Assembly: GCA_963814585.1 (NCBI GenBank)
Contig: CAWFDF010000004.1
Span: 288,001 to 352,000, forward strand
DNA from: an uncultured delta proteobacterium
GTDB taxonomy: Bacteria; Myxococcota; Myxococcia; Myxococcales; Anaeromyxobacteraceae
Length of the DNA: 64,000 nucleotides
Direction: 5' to 3'
Positions 41,201 to 55,993 of the stretch are shown piece after piece (position 1 is the first letter of the stretch; every line of letters begins with the position of its first letter). The notes beneath the pieces were generated by a model. That model had not been told where the DNA came from and did not search any database. It was given only the letters and a program-made list of their open reading frames with translations. Position numbers and translations under genes: made by a program.

Positions 41201-44099
41201 GTTGATCCGGTTGGTGGAGGGCAGCAGGACGTCGAAGAGGCCGTTGAAGTCGGACTCGACGGTGGTGACCAGCCGGTTGGTGTAGTCGTAGATGCCGACC
41301 GGGGCGAAGGGCACGCCGGCCTTCTCGCCGTAGAGCAGCGAGCGCGGATCCGAGGAGAAGGTGAGGTCGTCGACGATGAGGCCCCAGAAGCGGACCGGGA
41401 CCGGCACGTCGGTGAAGTAGTTGAAGGTCGGCGCGATCGACCGGCCGTTGGCGAGCGTGACCAGCTTGGTGCTGCAGAGCGGCTTGGGCTGGCCCTCGTA
41501 AGGGGAGCCGCCGATGTCGATGAAGGTGGCGTTGTCGGTCGGCGTCGAGGCCGGGACCGTGATCCCGACCGGGAGCGTGATGCCGTCGCCCACCATCGGC
41601 GGGTAGTTGTCGGCGCCGACGCCGGCGACGTCCACGATGTGCAGCGGCCCGGCACAGGCCGGCGGTGGGACCTGCGGGACCCAGTCGTCGCCGTTGGCGA
41701 TGTTGATGTCCTCCTCGCGGGTCACCTTGTAGCTGGGACGGCCGGTGGCGTCGTCCGGGACCACCACCTCGACCAGGTAGTCGCGGCCGCCGGGCAGGGG
41801 CGCGAACGCCCCGCCCACGCAGACCGGGGCGGACGGGTCGGTGGCGTCGAGCGTGCCGGTGAAGCAGCCCTCGCCGAAGCCGTAGTTGCCGTCCACCGTG
41901 GAGTAGCCGTTCTGGAACTGCACCCCCATGAGCGGGCCTTCCAGGCACTCGGCGTCAGGCGGCAGCGGCAGCACCTGCTCGTCGACGCCGTGGACCAGGG
42001 GGATGCCGTCCACGTCGCGGGCCACGCAGCCGGTCGGCCGCTCCCAGGTCTCGGTCAGGCGGTGTTGAGGAGGGCGCCCCTGGAGTAGGCGCCGCTGGCG
42101 TCGAGCTGGTACCGCTCGGTGGGGTCGCAGGGCGCGGTGGGAATCCCGGTGTTCGGGTCCAGGGGGCAGGGCACCGTGGCCCAGAGCTTCACCGTCAGGT
42201 TGGGGATGCCGGGCTGCCAGGGCTCCACGGCCGCGTAGCGCGGGTCGAGCTCGTTGCGGGTGGTGTCGTAGCTGATCGTGCCGACGATGCCGCCGTTGCG
42301 CGGATCGAGGCCGCCGGTGGCGCCGGTCGCGTCGTACGGACGCACGCCCCAGTCCAGGCGGCCAGCCAGGCCGATGATGGGCAGCACGCTCACGTCCACG
42401 CCGGCGCCCAGGACGGTGGTGGGCGTGTCCTGGTTGTCGGCCTGGAAGGTGACGCCGGTGGTGTAGAAGAGGTCCGCGTACGCCTCGACGACCAGCCACT
42501 GGGTCATCGGGTAGGCGTTCACCATCTCGTAGTAGCCGTTGGCGTCGGTGGTGACCCCGGTCGCCCCGCGGTCCATCACCGAGTTCTCGCGCTTCTTCAG
42601 CGCCACCGGGAAGTTGGCCAGGCCCGGCTCGCCGGGATCCTTGATCCCGTTCCGGTTGAGGTCGTTGAAGACGTAGCCGTCGATCCTGGTCCACCAGCCG
42701 TTCAGGGGGAGGATCCCCATGTCGACGGTCTCGCCCTCACCCACGGTGACCTGGACGAGGTCGAGGAGGTAGTTGAGGTCCGCCTCCCACCAGGTGAGCG
42801 TGTAGTTGCCGGCCGGGACGTTGGGGATGGTGAAGGCGCCGTTGGCGTCGCCCCGCCCCGCCCAGACCAGCGTGTCGCTGCGCGTCAGGTCGGTCAGCGT
42901 GACCCAGGGGTACGGGATCGGCTTGTCGAGCTTGGCGCCAGCCAGGCCGCCCCAGATCGTGCCGGGGAGCCCTCCCACGCCACCGCGGGTCGGGATGTAG
43001 ACCTTCACGGCCTCCACCACGCCCTTGATGGTGCCGGTCCCTCCCATGGGCCGGGCTGCTGGCCGGGAGGCACCGGCACGTAGCCGAAGATGATGGCGGG
43101 GAAGGGCTCGCCGGCGACCACGAACTCGGTGTCGAGGCCGGTGGCTCCTTCCATGACCCAGGCGTCCCAGTCCAGGTTGCCTTCGAGGGTGGTGGTCTGG
43201 GCCCAGCTCGAGCCGTCGGGCGGCACGATGGAGAGCGCGTAGCGGTTGGGGCCGACGTCCGGGATCTTGAGCTTCCCCTCGACGACGGCGCCGGCCGGCG
43301 CGAGCCCGCCCTCCAGCATGGTCAGGCCGGCCGCATCGACGGGGCAGCGGCCCGCGGCGTCGACGGGCGCCACGGTCCCGACGTCGACCCCGCCGCTCAC
43401 CACGTAGCACTTGCTCAGGCAGATGCCGGTGCCGCACAGGGGCGCACCGAAGACGTCGGTCGTCACCTCGCCGATGTAGTCGGCGATGTGCCCCTGGAAC
43501 CCGGCCAGGCCATGCTCGAGCGGCACGTCCGGAGCGCCGTTCACCGGCGAGATGTCCTCGAACACCGCGGCCTGGATGGTCGCGGTGGGGAGCGGGTAGG
43601 GCTGCAGCTGGACGGTGACGACGCCACCGCTCGAGGCCGGCAGCGGCACGGTGAAGTGCGCCCCGTCCATCTTGTAGCCAGCGGCGAGCACCGTGACGAG
43701 GTACTTGCCATCCACCATGTTCACGCCGGCTGATGCGAGGCCGGCCTCGGCCTCGGTCCCCTGCGCGTAGATCGGGGCCGAGCCCGGGACCCCGGCGATC
43801 GACGTCCAGGCGCAGCTGCCCGGGTAGCCGGGGCCATCCGGTGTGCACTCCGGTGGCGGCGCGCCCGTCACCGGGTTCAGCCGCTGGCTCGTCGTGCCCG
43901 CGTTGTCGACGTTGATGAGGAACTTGAACGCCGTGACGCTCTCCAGCGCGTTGGTCGCGCTGACCACGTTGAGCTTCACGCTGGCCGCCTCGGCGCGCGG
44001 CGCCAGGGCGACGGCCACGCTCGCCGTGACGAGCAGGTGGGCGAAGGCGCGGGTCCACTGCGCTGCGCCAGGGTTCTTGCAGTTCATTCTGGGCTCCAT
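38240..44099 (-). CDS. Giant (~1950 aa) secreted protein: SdrD B-like/Ig domains, IPT/TIG, right-handed beta-helix; frameshifts ~43050 and ~42057
   Basis: Three ORF pieces join; signal peptide, GYVFNDLNRNGIKDPGEPGL, FTIQGRGFG, repeated GGGI/N-rich coils, YHLKDTSPAVNAG..DIDGQPRP..DVGADE. Confidence 0.78.
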
Positions 44100-44168
44100 G
44101 GCTCCCCCGTCGAGGTACGTGCGCCTGCTCGCTCCGGCGAACCGCGCCGGGACGTACGTGGCCGCCCT

Positions 44169-44184
44169 TGCGACGGCCGTGCCG
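44169..44184 (-). promoter_or_regulatory. sigma54 -24/-12 promoter of the secreted cupredoxin operon
   Basis: Minus strand CGGCACG-GCCG-TCGCA about 70 nt upstream of the ATG at 44099, opposite a bEBP gene. Confidence 0.62.
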
Positions 44185-44344
44185 GGTCGTCGGCCGGCTC
44201 CGGGGTGGCCTAGGCCTCTGGGACTCGTACGAAGGGATGTCGCCGCGCCGAAGCGCGCGGATCGGGCACGGGCGAACCGATCACCGTCGGCGGGGTGGCG
44301 GGCCCCTCGCCTGGAGAGAGGCACCCGCGTCGGGGCGTAAGTGT

Positions 44345-44410
44345 GGATTCGCAGAAATCCCCTGTCACTTCAACGTGGTATGTCCTGTTGCGACAAAGTG
44401 TCATATATGG
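44345..44410. promoter_or_regulatory. Candidate enhancer (UAS) region
   Basis: AT-rich patch; TGTC at 44363, 44381 and 44399 (18-bp period); TGTC-N7-GACA at 44381-44395; GGATT-N6-AATCC at 44345-44360. Confidence 0.45.
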
Positions 44411-44417
44411 AACCGCC

Positions 44418-45536
<1,119 letters not shown>

Positions 45537-45646
45537 GCCCCTTCCCCGGTCCGGCCAGGCTTCCTCCTTCCCTGGCGAGCCGGGCCGCCGGAAGCGCTTG
45601 GCCTTCGGCGCCCGGCACGGGTAGGTTGGCCGCCAGCGGAGGGGGC

Positions 45647-46066
45647 ATGATCGAGCGCATCGGGATCTCGCTGGAGTCCGACCTGCTGAGGCAGTTCGAC
45701 CGGCTGATCGAGCAGAAGGGGTACGTCAACCGGTCCGAGGCGATCCGCGACCTCATCCGCGACACCCTGGTCCAGCGGGAATGGTCCGAGTCCAGCGGCG
45801 CCGAGGAGCGGGTGGCGGTGGTCGCGCTGGTCTACGATCACGACTCGTCGAGCCTGGCGCAGAAGCTGGCCCACATCCAGCACGAGAACCACCGCGCCGT
45901 GGTGTCGGCGCTGCACGTCCACATGGACGAGCACAACTGCCTGGAGGTGCTGGTGCTGCGCGGCCGGGCCGGGGACGTCGTGGCCATGGGCGAGGGGCTG
46001 GTCTCCACCAAGGGCGTGAAGTTCGGCAAGGTCCTGCCGGCGACCACCGGGCAAGGGCTGCGCTAG
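45647..46066 (+). CDS. nikR: Nickel-responsive regulator
   Basis: RIGISL RHH, NRSEAIRDLIR, YDH, QHE, HVHMDEHNCLEV. Confidence 0.95.
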   Translation: MIERIGISLESDLLRQFDRLIEQKGYVNRSEAIRDLIRDTLVQREWSESSGAEERVAVVALVYDHDSSSLAQKLAHIQHENHRAVVSALHVHMDEHNCLEVLVLRGRAGDVVAMGEGLVSTKGVKFGKVLPATTGQGLR

Positions 46067-46242
46067 GCGGCGCGCCTCGATGTCGGCGCCAGGGCCGATG
46101 ACGAGCGGCTGGCCTGGGCGCTGGCGGCGCTCGCCGACACGGGCGCCGTCCACCGCACCTGCAGCGGCTCCTTCCTTGCCCAGGACGAGCGGCTCGGTTC
46201 CCTGTCCCGGCCGCGCCCGCCACCTCCACGAGCAGGCCGCCG

Positions 46243-46929
46243 TCACTCGATCGGCACCCGGCCTCCGGCGGCGAACTCGCCGGCTCGCGCCGGGTCGGCC
46301 AGGAAGACCCCGGTCATCCCTGACACGTCGCGGCTGCGGGCGTCGAGCCCGCGGCGCGCCAGCACCGCCGAGAGCGCCCCGCTGGCCTCGTCGTAGAGGG
46401 CCTTCTGGAGGAGGTTCATGCGGACCAGCCCGGGGCCGTCGCCCTCCCCGCGCTCGTCCAGGGCCAGGCGGCACTCGCCGGCGTCCAGCGAGCTGAGCGC
46501 GCGGCAGGCCAGCGGCCGCACCGGGTGGATGGAGCACCCGCCCCTCCCGTCCAGGAAGGGGCAGCGGACGCGGGCCCGGATGCGCTCGCCGTCGTCCTGC
46601 CACCTGACCTCGTCGTGGAACCGGAGCAGCTCGGCGGCCCGATCGGCGATCTGGTCCGGCCGCAGCCGGCGCCGCAGGTACGCGGCCGCCGCCACTCCTT
46701 CGAGCGGGAGCGTGCCGACGTTGACCGTGCAGCAGGTGGCGCAGCCGAGGGCGCAGGCCGGTTCCGGCTCGCCAGCCGGCCGGCCCGAGGAGATCGAGGC
46801 CAGCACCCGCTCCCCGACCGCCGCCATCAGCCGCGCCAGGGCCGCCTCGTCGCACGGGCCGCGCCCGAGCGCCTCGTCGGCCAGCCAGGTCACGTCCCGG
46901 GCGCACTCTGCGACCTGGTCGTCGGGCAT
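46243..46929 (-). CDS. YkgJ-family cysteine cluster protein
   Basis: CALGCATCC, CPFL, CSIHPVRPLACR. Confidence 0.85.
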   Translation of the reverse strand: MPDDQVAECARDVTWLADEALGRGPCDEAALARLMAAVGERVLASISSGRPAGEPEPACALGCATCCTVNVGTLPLEGVAAAAYLRRRLRPDQIADRAAELLRFHDEVRWQDDGERIRARVRCPFLDGRGGCSIHPVRPLACRALSSLDAGECRLALDERGEGDGPGLVRMNLLQKALYDEASGALSAVLARRGLDARSRDVSGMTGVFLADPARAGEFAAGGRVPIE

Positions 46930-47196
46930 CCGCGTCCCCTCCGGGCCCGGATGCTCGCAGGTCGTCCGGAGGCCGTCGCTGCGGCACCTCGGCGCACCCG
47001 GGGAGCGAGCCACACGATGCCGTCCGGAGGGCCGGGTGGCACGCCGGTCGAGCCGCGGAAGCGGGCTGGCCCGCCGAGACCCGGAGGGATGAGTCCGCCC
47101 GGCGCAGCCAGGCAGCGTGCGCCGCAGCAGGGATCGGGCCAGGTGAGGGGCGCCATCGCGACCACGATGATCGATGATGGCCGCGTGAATCAGGGC

Positions 47197-47790
47197 GTGG
47201 CGCGAGACCGGCGGCTCTTCGTGGCGCTCGACCTGGACGACGAGGTCCGGGCCGGGGTCGCCGCCGCCGTGGCCGGCCTGCGCCTTGCCGCCGGACCCGC
47301 CGGGCGCTCCCTGCGATTCGGCGATCCCGCCACCGTCCACCTCACGCTCCGCTTCCTCGGCGACGTCCCCGGGGACCAGGTGGACGGCGTGGCGGCAGCG
47401 GTGGCGGCCGCGGCGGCCGGGAGCCGCCCGCTCTCGCTCCAGGTCCGCGGCGCCGGCGCCTTCCCGACACCGCGCCGCGCCCGCGTCGTCTGGCTCGGCC
47501 TGGCCGGGGACCTCGGGCCGCTCGCGGCGCTGGCGGCCGCGCTCGACGCCCGGCTGGCGCCGCTCGGCTTCGCGCCGGAGACGCGACCCTTCACGCCCCA
47601 CCTCACCGTGGCCCGGGCCCGCGCCCGCGGCGGCGCCCCCGGCCTGGCCATGGCGCTCGCGACGGCCTCGGCCGCGCTCGCCCCCGTCCCCTGGCACGCC
47701 GACGCGCTCACCCTCTTCGAGAGCCACCTCGAGCACGGAGGGGCCCGTCACGTGGCGCTGCTGCGCGCGCCACTCGGCGCGGCTCGTTGA
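47197..47790 (+). CDS. thpR: RNA 2',3'-cyclic phosphodiesterase (2H family)
   Basis: RLFVAL, HLTLRFLG, PHLTVAR; start position uncertain. Confidence 0.9.
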   Translation: MARDRRLFVALDLDDEVRAGVAAAVAGLRLAAGPAGRSLRFGDPATVHLTLRFLGDVPGDQVDGVAAAVAAAAAGSRPLSLQVRGAGAFPTPRRARVVWLGLAGDLGPLAALAAALDARLAPLGFAPETRPFTPHLTVARARARGGAPGLAMALATASAALAPVPWHADALTLFESHLEHGGARHVALLRAPLGAAR

Positions 47791-47808
47791 CCCTTCCCCT
47801 CCTCGGCC

Positions 47809-48121
47809 TCAGGCCTCGGGCCCCTGCGGCCCGGCGGCCTGGCTCGCCCCGGCCCTCGCGGCCAGGTAGTCGACCAGCCCCTGGAGCGAGCGGATCCCGG
47901 GATAGTCGGCCTCGGGGATTCTCGACCCCGAGCCGCTCGTGGACCTGGATGACGAGCCGCAGGAAGTCCATGGAGTCGATGTCCAGCTCCTCCCGCAGGT
48001 CGCGGTCGGCGCGGATCGTGGCCAGGTCGACCTCCGGGGCGATGGTCGCCAGGATGGCCTCCAGGTGCCGCCGGAGCTCCTCGCGCCCTGGGGCGCCGGG
48101 GCCGGGGCCGCCCGCCGTCAC
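47809..48121 (-). CDS. Acyl carrier protein; frameshift ~47920
   Basis: LDIDSMD phosphopantetheine site; removing one base gives GVEIPEADY...LVDYL. Confidence 0.82.
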
Positions 48122-49329
48122 AGCCCCTCCGGCTCGCCCAGCCGCCGCCCCACCTCGGCGAGGAAGCGGGCGCCGCTCAGCCCGTCGCTGACCCGGTGGT
48201 CACCCGCCAGCGAGGCGATCACCGTAGGGACGACCTCGACCCGTCCCGCCCTCGCGCGCGGCCTGTCGGCGATCCGCCCGAAGCCGACCAGGGCCACCTG
48301 CGGCGGGTAGATGATCCCGTGGACGGCGTCCACGCCCAGGTCCCCCAGGCTGGTCACGGTGAGGGTGGAGTCGGCGAGCTCCGAGCTGCGGAGCCCGCCG
48401 CCGCGGGTCCGGGCCACGAGATCGGTGAGGGCCCGCATCAGCTCCGGGAGCGGCAGCCGGTCGGCGTCGTGGATGGCCGGCGCCACCAGGCCGCCCCGCC
48501 GCAGCGAGATGGCGACGCCGAGGTGGACGGCCGGCGACGGCCGGAAGGTCCCATCGACGAAGTGGCCGTTCACGTCCGGCGCCTCGCGGGCCACCAGCGC
48601 CACCGCCTTGAGCAGCAGGACGGCCGGGAGGAGCCGCTCGGCCACCGGCCGGCTCGCGCTGGTGCGGGTGAGCCAGGCCATGGCGGCGGAGAGGTCGAAC
48701 TCGGCGTCCAGGTGGTAGTGCGGGATCTCCCGCTTGGAGCGGGCCATGGCCGCGCCGATGGCCTGGCGCATCCCGGCGGGCACGGCGGGGGGCGCCTGGC
48801 CCGCACCGGGAGCCGGGGCTGGCGGCCTGGCGGCGCCGGCCTCGACGTCGGCCAGCGTCACCGCGCCTCCGGGGCCGGTGCCCCGGAGCGCCGACAGGTC
48901 GAGGCCGAGCTCGCGGGCCCTGGCTCGTGCGGCCGGGGAGGCTCGTGCCCGGCCTGCCGGCTGCGTGACCACCGGCGCGGGAGCCGGCGGCGGCGCTCCC
49001 GGCAACGGCCCTGGTGCGGCCGGTGGCGAGATCGGACCAGGCGCAGGCTCGGGTGCGGTGGAAGGCCCTGGCGCAGGGGGCTCGCCGGCGCCCGCCGTCG
49101 CTCCGACCACCGCCAGCACCGTGCCCACCGGGACCCTGGTCCCCTCCGCCACGCGGATCTCGCCCACCACCCCGTCTTCCCAGACCTCCACCTCGATGGC
49201 CCCCTTGGCGGTCTCCACCACCGCGATGACCTGGCCGCGCTGGACCCGGTCGCCGGGCCGGACCTTCCACTCCACCAGCGTCCCGGCCTCCATGTCGGCG
49301 CCGAGGGACGGCATCCTGAACTCAGCCAT
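48118..49329 (-). CDS. pdhC: 2-oxoacid dehydrogenase E2 (dihydrolipoamide acyltransferase)
   Basis: Lipoyl [20 protein letters not shown] binding domain, DHRVSDG. Confidence 0.9.
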   Translation of the reverse strand: MAEFRMPSLGADMEAGTLVEWKVRPGDRVQRGQVIAVVETAKGAIEVEVWEDGVVGEIRVAEGTRVPVGTVLAVVGATAGAGEPPAPGPSTAPEPAPGPISPPAAPGPLPGAPPPAPAPVVTQPAGRARASPAARARARELGLDLSALRGTGPGGAVTLADVEAGAARPPAPAPGAGQAPPAVPAGMRQAIGAAMARSKREIPHYHLDAEFDLSAAMAWLTRTSASRPVAERLLPAVLLLKAVALVAREAPDVNGHFVDGTFRPSPAVHLGVAISLRRGGLVAPAIHDADRLPLPELMRALTDLVARTRGGGLRSSELADSTLTVTSLGDLGVDAVHGIIYPPQVALVGFGRIADRPRARAGRVEVVPTVIASLAGDHRVSDGLSGARFLAEVGRRLGEPEGL

Positions 49330-50295
49330 GGCGAACCACCGTCCGGGCCGCGGCCGCGATCCCCTCCGCCTGCGGCAGCACCGCCTCCTCGAGGTGGCGC
49401 GGGTAGGGCATGGGCGCCTCGGCCGAGCAGACGCGCGCCACCGGGGCGTCGAGGTCGTAGAAGGCCCCCTCGGTGATGCGCGCCGAGACCTCGGCTGCGA
49501 GGCTCCCGGTGCGCCAGCCCTCGTCCACGATCACGGCGCGGCGGGTCCTGCGCACCGTGGCCAGGATGGCCTCGCCGTCGAGCGGCCGGAGCACGCGCAG
49601 GTCGAGCACCTCGGCGTCGATCCCTTCCCTGGCCAGCGCCTCGGCCGCGGCCAGGGTCTTGCCCAGCGTGCCGCCGTAGGTGATGAGCGAGACGTCGCGC
49701 CCGGGCCGGCGCACCGCGGCCCGCGAGATGTCCACCGGGCCCGCGTCGTCGGCCAGCTCGCCCTCCACGCCGTAGAGCGTGGTGTGCTCGAAGAGCAGCA
49801 CCGGGTCCGGGTCCTGGAGGGCGCTCCACAGCATGCCGCGGGCGTCCTCCAGCGTCGCCGGGGCCAGTACCCGGAGCCCCGGGACGTGCGCGTACCAGCC
49901 CTCCCAGCTGTGGGAGTGCTGGGCCGCCACCTGCCGGCCACCGCCGGTGGCCATGCGGACCACCAGCGGCACCGTCACCTGGCCGCCCGACATGTGGCGC
50001 AGCAGCGCCGCGCCATTCACCAGCTGGTCGAGGGCCAGCAGGCTGAAGTTCACGGTCATCACCTCGACGATGGGGCGCAGCCCCGCCATGGCCGCGCCGA
50101 CGCCGGCGCCGACGAAGGTGGACTCGGAGAGCGGCGTGTCGCGGATCCGCTCGGGGCCGAACTCCTCGAGGAGCCCATGGCTCACGGCGTAGGTCCCGCC
50201 GTAGCGCCCCACGTCCTCGCCCATGAGGAAAGCCCTGGGCTCCCGCCTCAGCGCGTCGCGCAGCGCGGCCCGCACCGCCTCGCGGTAGGTGGTCT

Positions 50296-50299
<4 letters not shown>
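49322..50299 (-). CDS. pdhB: 2-oxoacid dehydrogenase E1 beta
   Basis: MGEDVG.YGG, DTPLSE, AAQHS. Confidence 0.92.
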
Positions 50300-53058
<2,759 letters not shown>

Positions 53059-53225
53059 CGGACCTCCCTCGCACTCCCCACATGCCGATGCAGGCTACGC
53101 CTCGCGGCAGGCTCCCGACCCCGTACTCTTGGAGCCCGCCATTGGGACGGCGAGGCAATCGGGCGCAGGGCGGGGTGTCGCGGGGTGTTGCGGGCCGGCG
53201 GGGTCTGGCAGGCCTGGGAGCGAGC

Positions 53226-53918
53226 TCAGGTCTTGAGCGAGAAGGGCGTGAAGTCGGTGTCGCGGTCGTAGTAGTCCTCGTGCTCCCGGCGCTTCAGGAA
53301 GGCCACCACGCGGTAGGTCACCGGCGTCGCCAGCACCTCCCAGAGCACCTTCATGGCGTAGTTCCCCGCCATCACCGTCACCAGCAGCGAGCCGTCCCAG
53401 GTGCCGAGGAAGGCCAGCGGGTAGAAGATCAGCGTGTCGACGGCCTCGCCCACCACGGTCGAGCCGATGGTGCGAACCCAGAGGAAGCGCCCCTCGCTCC
53501 ACACCTTGAGCTTGGCCAGCGTCAGCGAGTTGGCGAACTCGCCGCAGGCGTACCCGAGCAGGGAGGCCAGCGCGGTGCGCCAGGTCGAGCCGAACACCGC
53601 CTCGAGGTGCACCTGGCCGTGCCACTGCGGCGAGGGTGGCAGGCCCACCACCACCGCGCTCATCAGCGAGACGTAGGCCAGCGCCCCGAAGCCGGCCCAG
53701 ACCACCTTGCGGGAGCGGGCGTAGCCGTACACCTCGGTGAGCACGTCGCCGAAGAGGTAGCTCAGGGGGAAGAAGAGGTTCCCCGCCCCGAAGGTGAACC
53801 CGCCGATGGTCACCGCCTTGCTGACGCCCACCAGGTTGGAGGTGAGCAGCACGCAGACGAATGCCGCCATGAGCAGGTCGTAGTACCGGTATGTTCTGCC
53901 AGCGGGCCTGGTGGTCAT
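53226..53918 (-). CDS. Queuosine precursor transporter (YhhQ/VUT family)
   Basis: FPLSYLFGDVLTEVYGY, RTIGSTVVGE.VDT, D.YDRDTDFTPF. Confidence 0.88.
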   Translation of the reverse strand: MTTRPAGRTYRYYDLLMAAFVCVLLTSNLVGVSKAVTIGGFTFGAGNLFFPLSYLFGDVLTEVYGYARSRKVVWAGFGALAYVSLMSAVVVGLPPSPQWHGQVHLEAVFGSTWRTALASLLGYACGEFANSLTLAKLKVWSEGRFLWVRTIGSTVVGEAVDTLIFYPLAFLGTWDGSLLVTVMAGNYAMKVLWEVLATPVTYRVVAFLKRREHEDYYDRDTDFTPFSLKT

Positions 53919-53989
53919 GGTGTCGAGCGGAGGAGGGAGGCGCGGTGAAGCGGACGCTGGGCTGGCCGGGAGGCTCCGAGGAGCTTCCC

Positions 53990-54959
53990 ATGGTGGACGT
54001 CTATTTACCCATGATGAAGGCGGCGGCCATCATTTCTGCCGGCCAGCTCCGGCTCTTCGAGGCGCTGGCGGGCGGGCCGCTCCCGGCCGCCCGGCTGGCC
54101 GAGGCCACCGGCGCCAGCGAGGTGGGCATCACCCACCTGGCGGACTTCCTGGTGGCGATCGGCTACCTGCAGGAGGGGCCCGAGGGCTACGCCAACAGCC
54201 GCCGCGCTACCCGCTGGTTCACCGTCGGGGGCGACGTCGACTACACCGCCGGCCTGCTCTGGACGGCCGAGTCGTGGGGGATGATGGGCCACCTGACGGC
54301 GGCGGTGCGCCAGGGGGCGCCGGCCCGGACGCTGTGGGAGTCGATGCAGGAGCGGCCGCACTGGGGGCCGGTCTTCTCCAGCTACATGCAGGCCTTCGCC
54401 CGGCACCTCGGGCCGGACCTGCTGGAGCGGGTGGTCCTGCCGGACGGGGCCCGGCGGCTGCTCGACCTGGGCGGCTCGCACGGGCTGCACTCGGTCGGCT
54501 TCTGCCGGAAGTACCCGGCGCTCGAGTCGGTCATCGTCGACTTCCCCAGCGCGCTCACCGAGACCGAGGCCATGCTGGCGCGGGAGGGGCTCTCGTCGCG
54601 GGTCACCGTCAGGCCGGGTGACCTGCTGCACGGGGACTGGGGCGACGGGCTACGACGCCGTGCTCTACCTCTCGGTGGCCCACAACCAGACCGCCGACGA
54701 CAACGCCCGGGTGCTCCGGCACGTCGGCTCGGTGCTGCGCCCGGGGGGCCTGCTGGTGATCCACGAGTACCTCACCGGCGCTCCCCTCGACGTCTATGAC
54801 GCCGCCTTCCGGCTCACGCTGCTGGTCGAGACGGCGACGCGCACCTACGGCCTGGAGGAGTTCTCGGCCTGGCTCGAGGCGGCCGGCTTCGAGCCGCCCG
54901 TGCGGGTGGACCTCGAGCCGCGCGAGAAGGGTTCGCTGCTCCTGGCGCGGCGGCGCTGA
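53990..54959 (+). CDS. SAM-dependent O/N-methyltransferase with dimerization domain; frameshift ~54648
   Basis: LLDLGGSHG motif I, GD, YDAV..VAH, LRPGGLLVIHE; alternative GTG start at 53945. Confidence 0.85.
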
Positions 54960-54977
54960 GCCTTCCGGCCGGCGCCC

Positions 54978-55982
54978 TCAGCGGTCGGTGCGGCGCGCCG
55001 GCGGGCCCGCGCTCCCGGCCTCGGACCAGTAGGGCTTGCCCAGCCGCCTCAGGCACTGGTTGCACTGGAACGCCTCCCAGCTCTCGGCCGGGCCGCGCTC
55101 CAGCCGCGCCAGCTCCGCCAGCCGCTGCTCGTGGATGATCCCGAGCAGCCGCCGGTGCGCCTCGGCCAGCGTCATCACCGCCAGGTCGCCGGCCACGTCG
55201 CCGTCCGGGCCCGGCACGCCCGAGTGCATGCAGCAGAGGTTGAGGCGGCCGCGCGGGTCGACGTGGAGGATCTCGGTGCGGAAGGGCTCGCAGGCGTGGT
55301 GCCGCTCGGCGCGCCGGAAGCCCTCGGCCGCCTGCACCGAGATGCGCAGCACCCCTCCCAGCCGCTCCACCCGATCGCGGACCTGGTCGAGCTGGTCCGG
55401 CGAGAGGTAGAGCCGCGCGTCGTCGGGCCGCCCGGTGGCCTGCGTCATGGCGTAGCCGATGCGCTGGGCGCCGAGCTCGGCGGCCAGGAGGCCCATCCGC
55501 TCCAGCTCGTGGGTGTTGACGGCGTTGACGGTGACGTTGAAGGAGAAGGGCAGGCCGCGCGCGCTGCAGGTGGCCGCCGCCGCCATGGCGTCGCGCCAGC
55601 TCCCCTCGCCGCGCAGGGCGTCGTGCGTCGCCGCCTCGGCCCCGTCCAGCGACAGGTTGACGATGCGCAGCGCCTGGCGCCGCGCCGGCGCCGCGTCGAG
55701 CAGCCCCACCAGCCGGTCGAAGCGGTGGCCGCTGGTCACCACGTGCCAGGTGAAGCCGCGCCCGGCGACGGCGTCGAGCACCTCGGCGAGCCACGGGTAG
55801 GCCAGCGGCTCGCCGCCGGTGAGGCCCACGTGCGTGAGGCCGTGCAGCGGGCCGGCCTGGTCGAGCGCCTTCTGGATCACCTCGAGGGGCAGGTCGGTGG
55901 GGCGCGCCGCCGGATCCCGCAGGCAGTGCAGGCAGCGGAGCGGGCAGCGGTCGGTGAGGTGGAGGACGAGCCACTGGGCCAT
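54978..55982 (-). CDS. Radical SAM protein with Cys-containing SPASM/twitch-like tail
   Basis: CPLRCLHC, TGGEP, SLDG..HDALRG, C..GRLNLCC and CNQC. Confidence 0.9.
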   Translation of the reverse strand: MAQWLVLHLTDRCPLRCLHCLRDPAARPTDLPLEVIQKALDQAGPLHGLTHVGLTGGEPLAYPWLAEVLDAVAGRGFTWHVVTSGHRFDRLVGLLDAAPARRQALRIVNLSLDGAEAATHDALRGEGSWRDAMAAAATCSARGLPFSFNVTVNAVNTHELERMGLLAAELGAQRIGYAMTQATGRPDDARLYLSPDQLDQVRDRVERLGGVLRISVQAAEGFRRAERHHACEPFRTEILHVDPRGRLNLCCMHSGVPGPDGDVAGDLAVMTLAEAHRRLLGIIHEQRLAELARLERGPAESWEAFQCNQCLRRLGKPYWSEAGSAGPPARRTDR

Positions 55983-55993
55983 GGCCTGGATCC

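Noticed and set aside
38093..42088. Very long antisense or alternative-frame ORFs (also 5915-9055, 17243-20353, 20179-23907, 24097-27828)
   Set aside because: These are shadow ORFs typical of high-GC DNA, overlapping genes with clear family motifs and having no motifs of their own.
53918..53990. preQ1 riboswitch upstream of the queuosine precursor transporter
   Set aside because: The spacer is very short, GC-rich and shared with a divergent gene, and it has no preQ1 consensus or A-rich tail.
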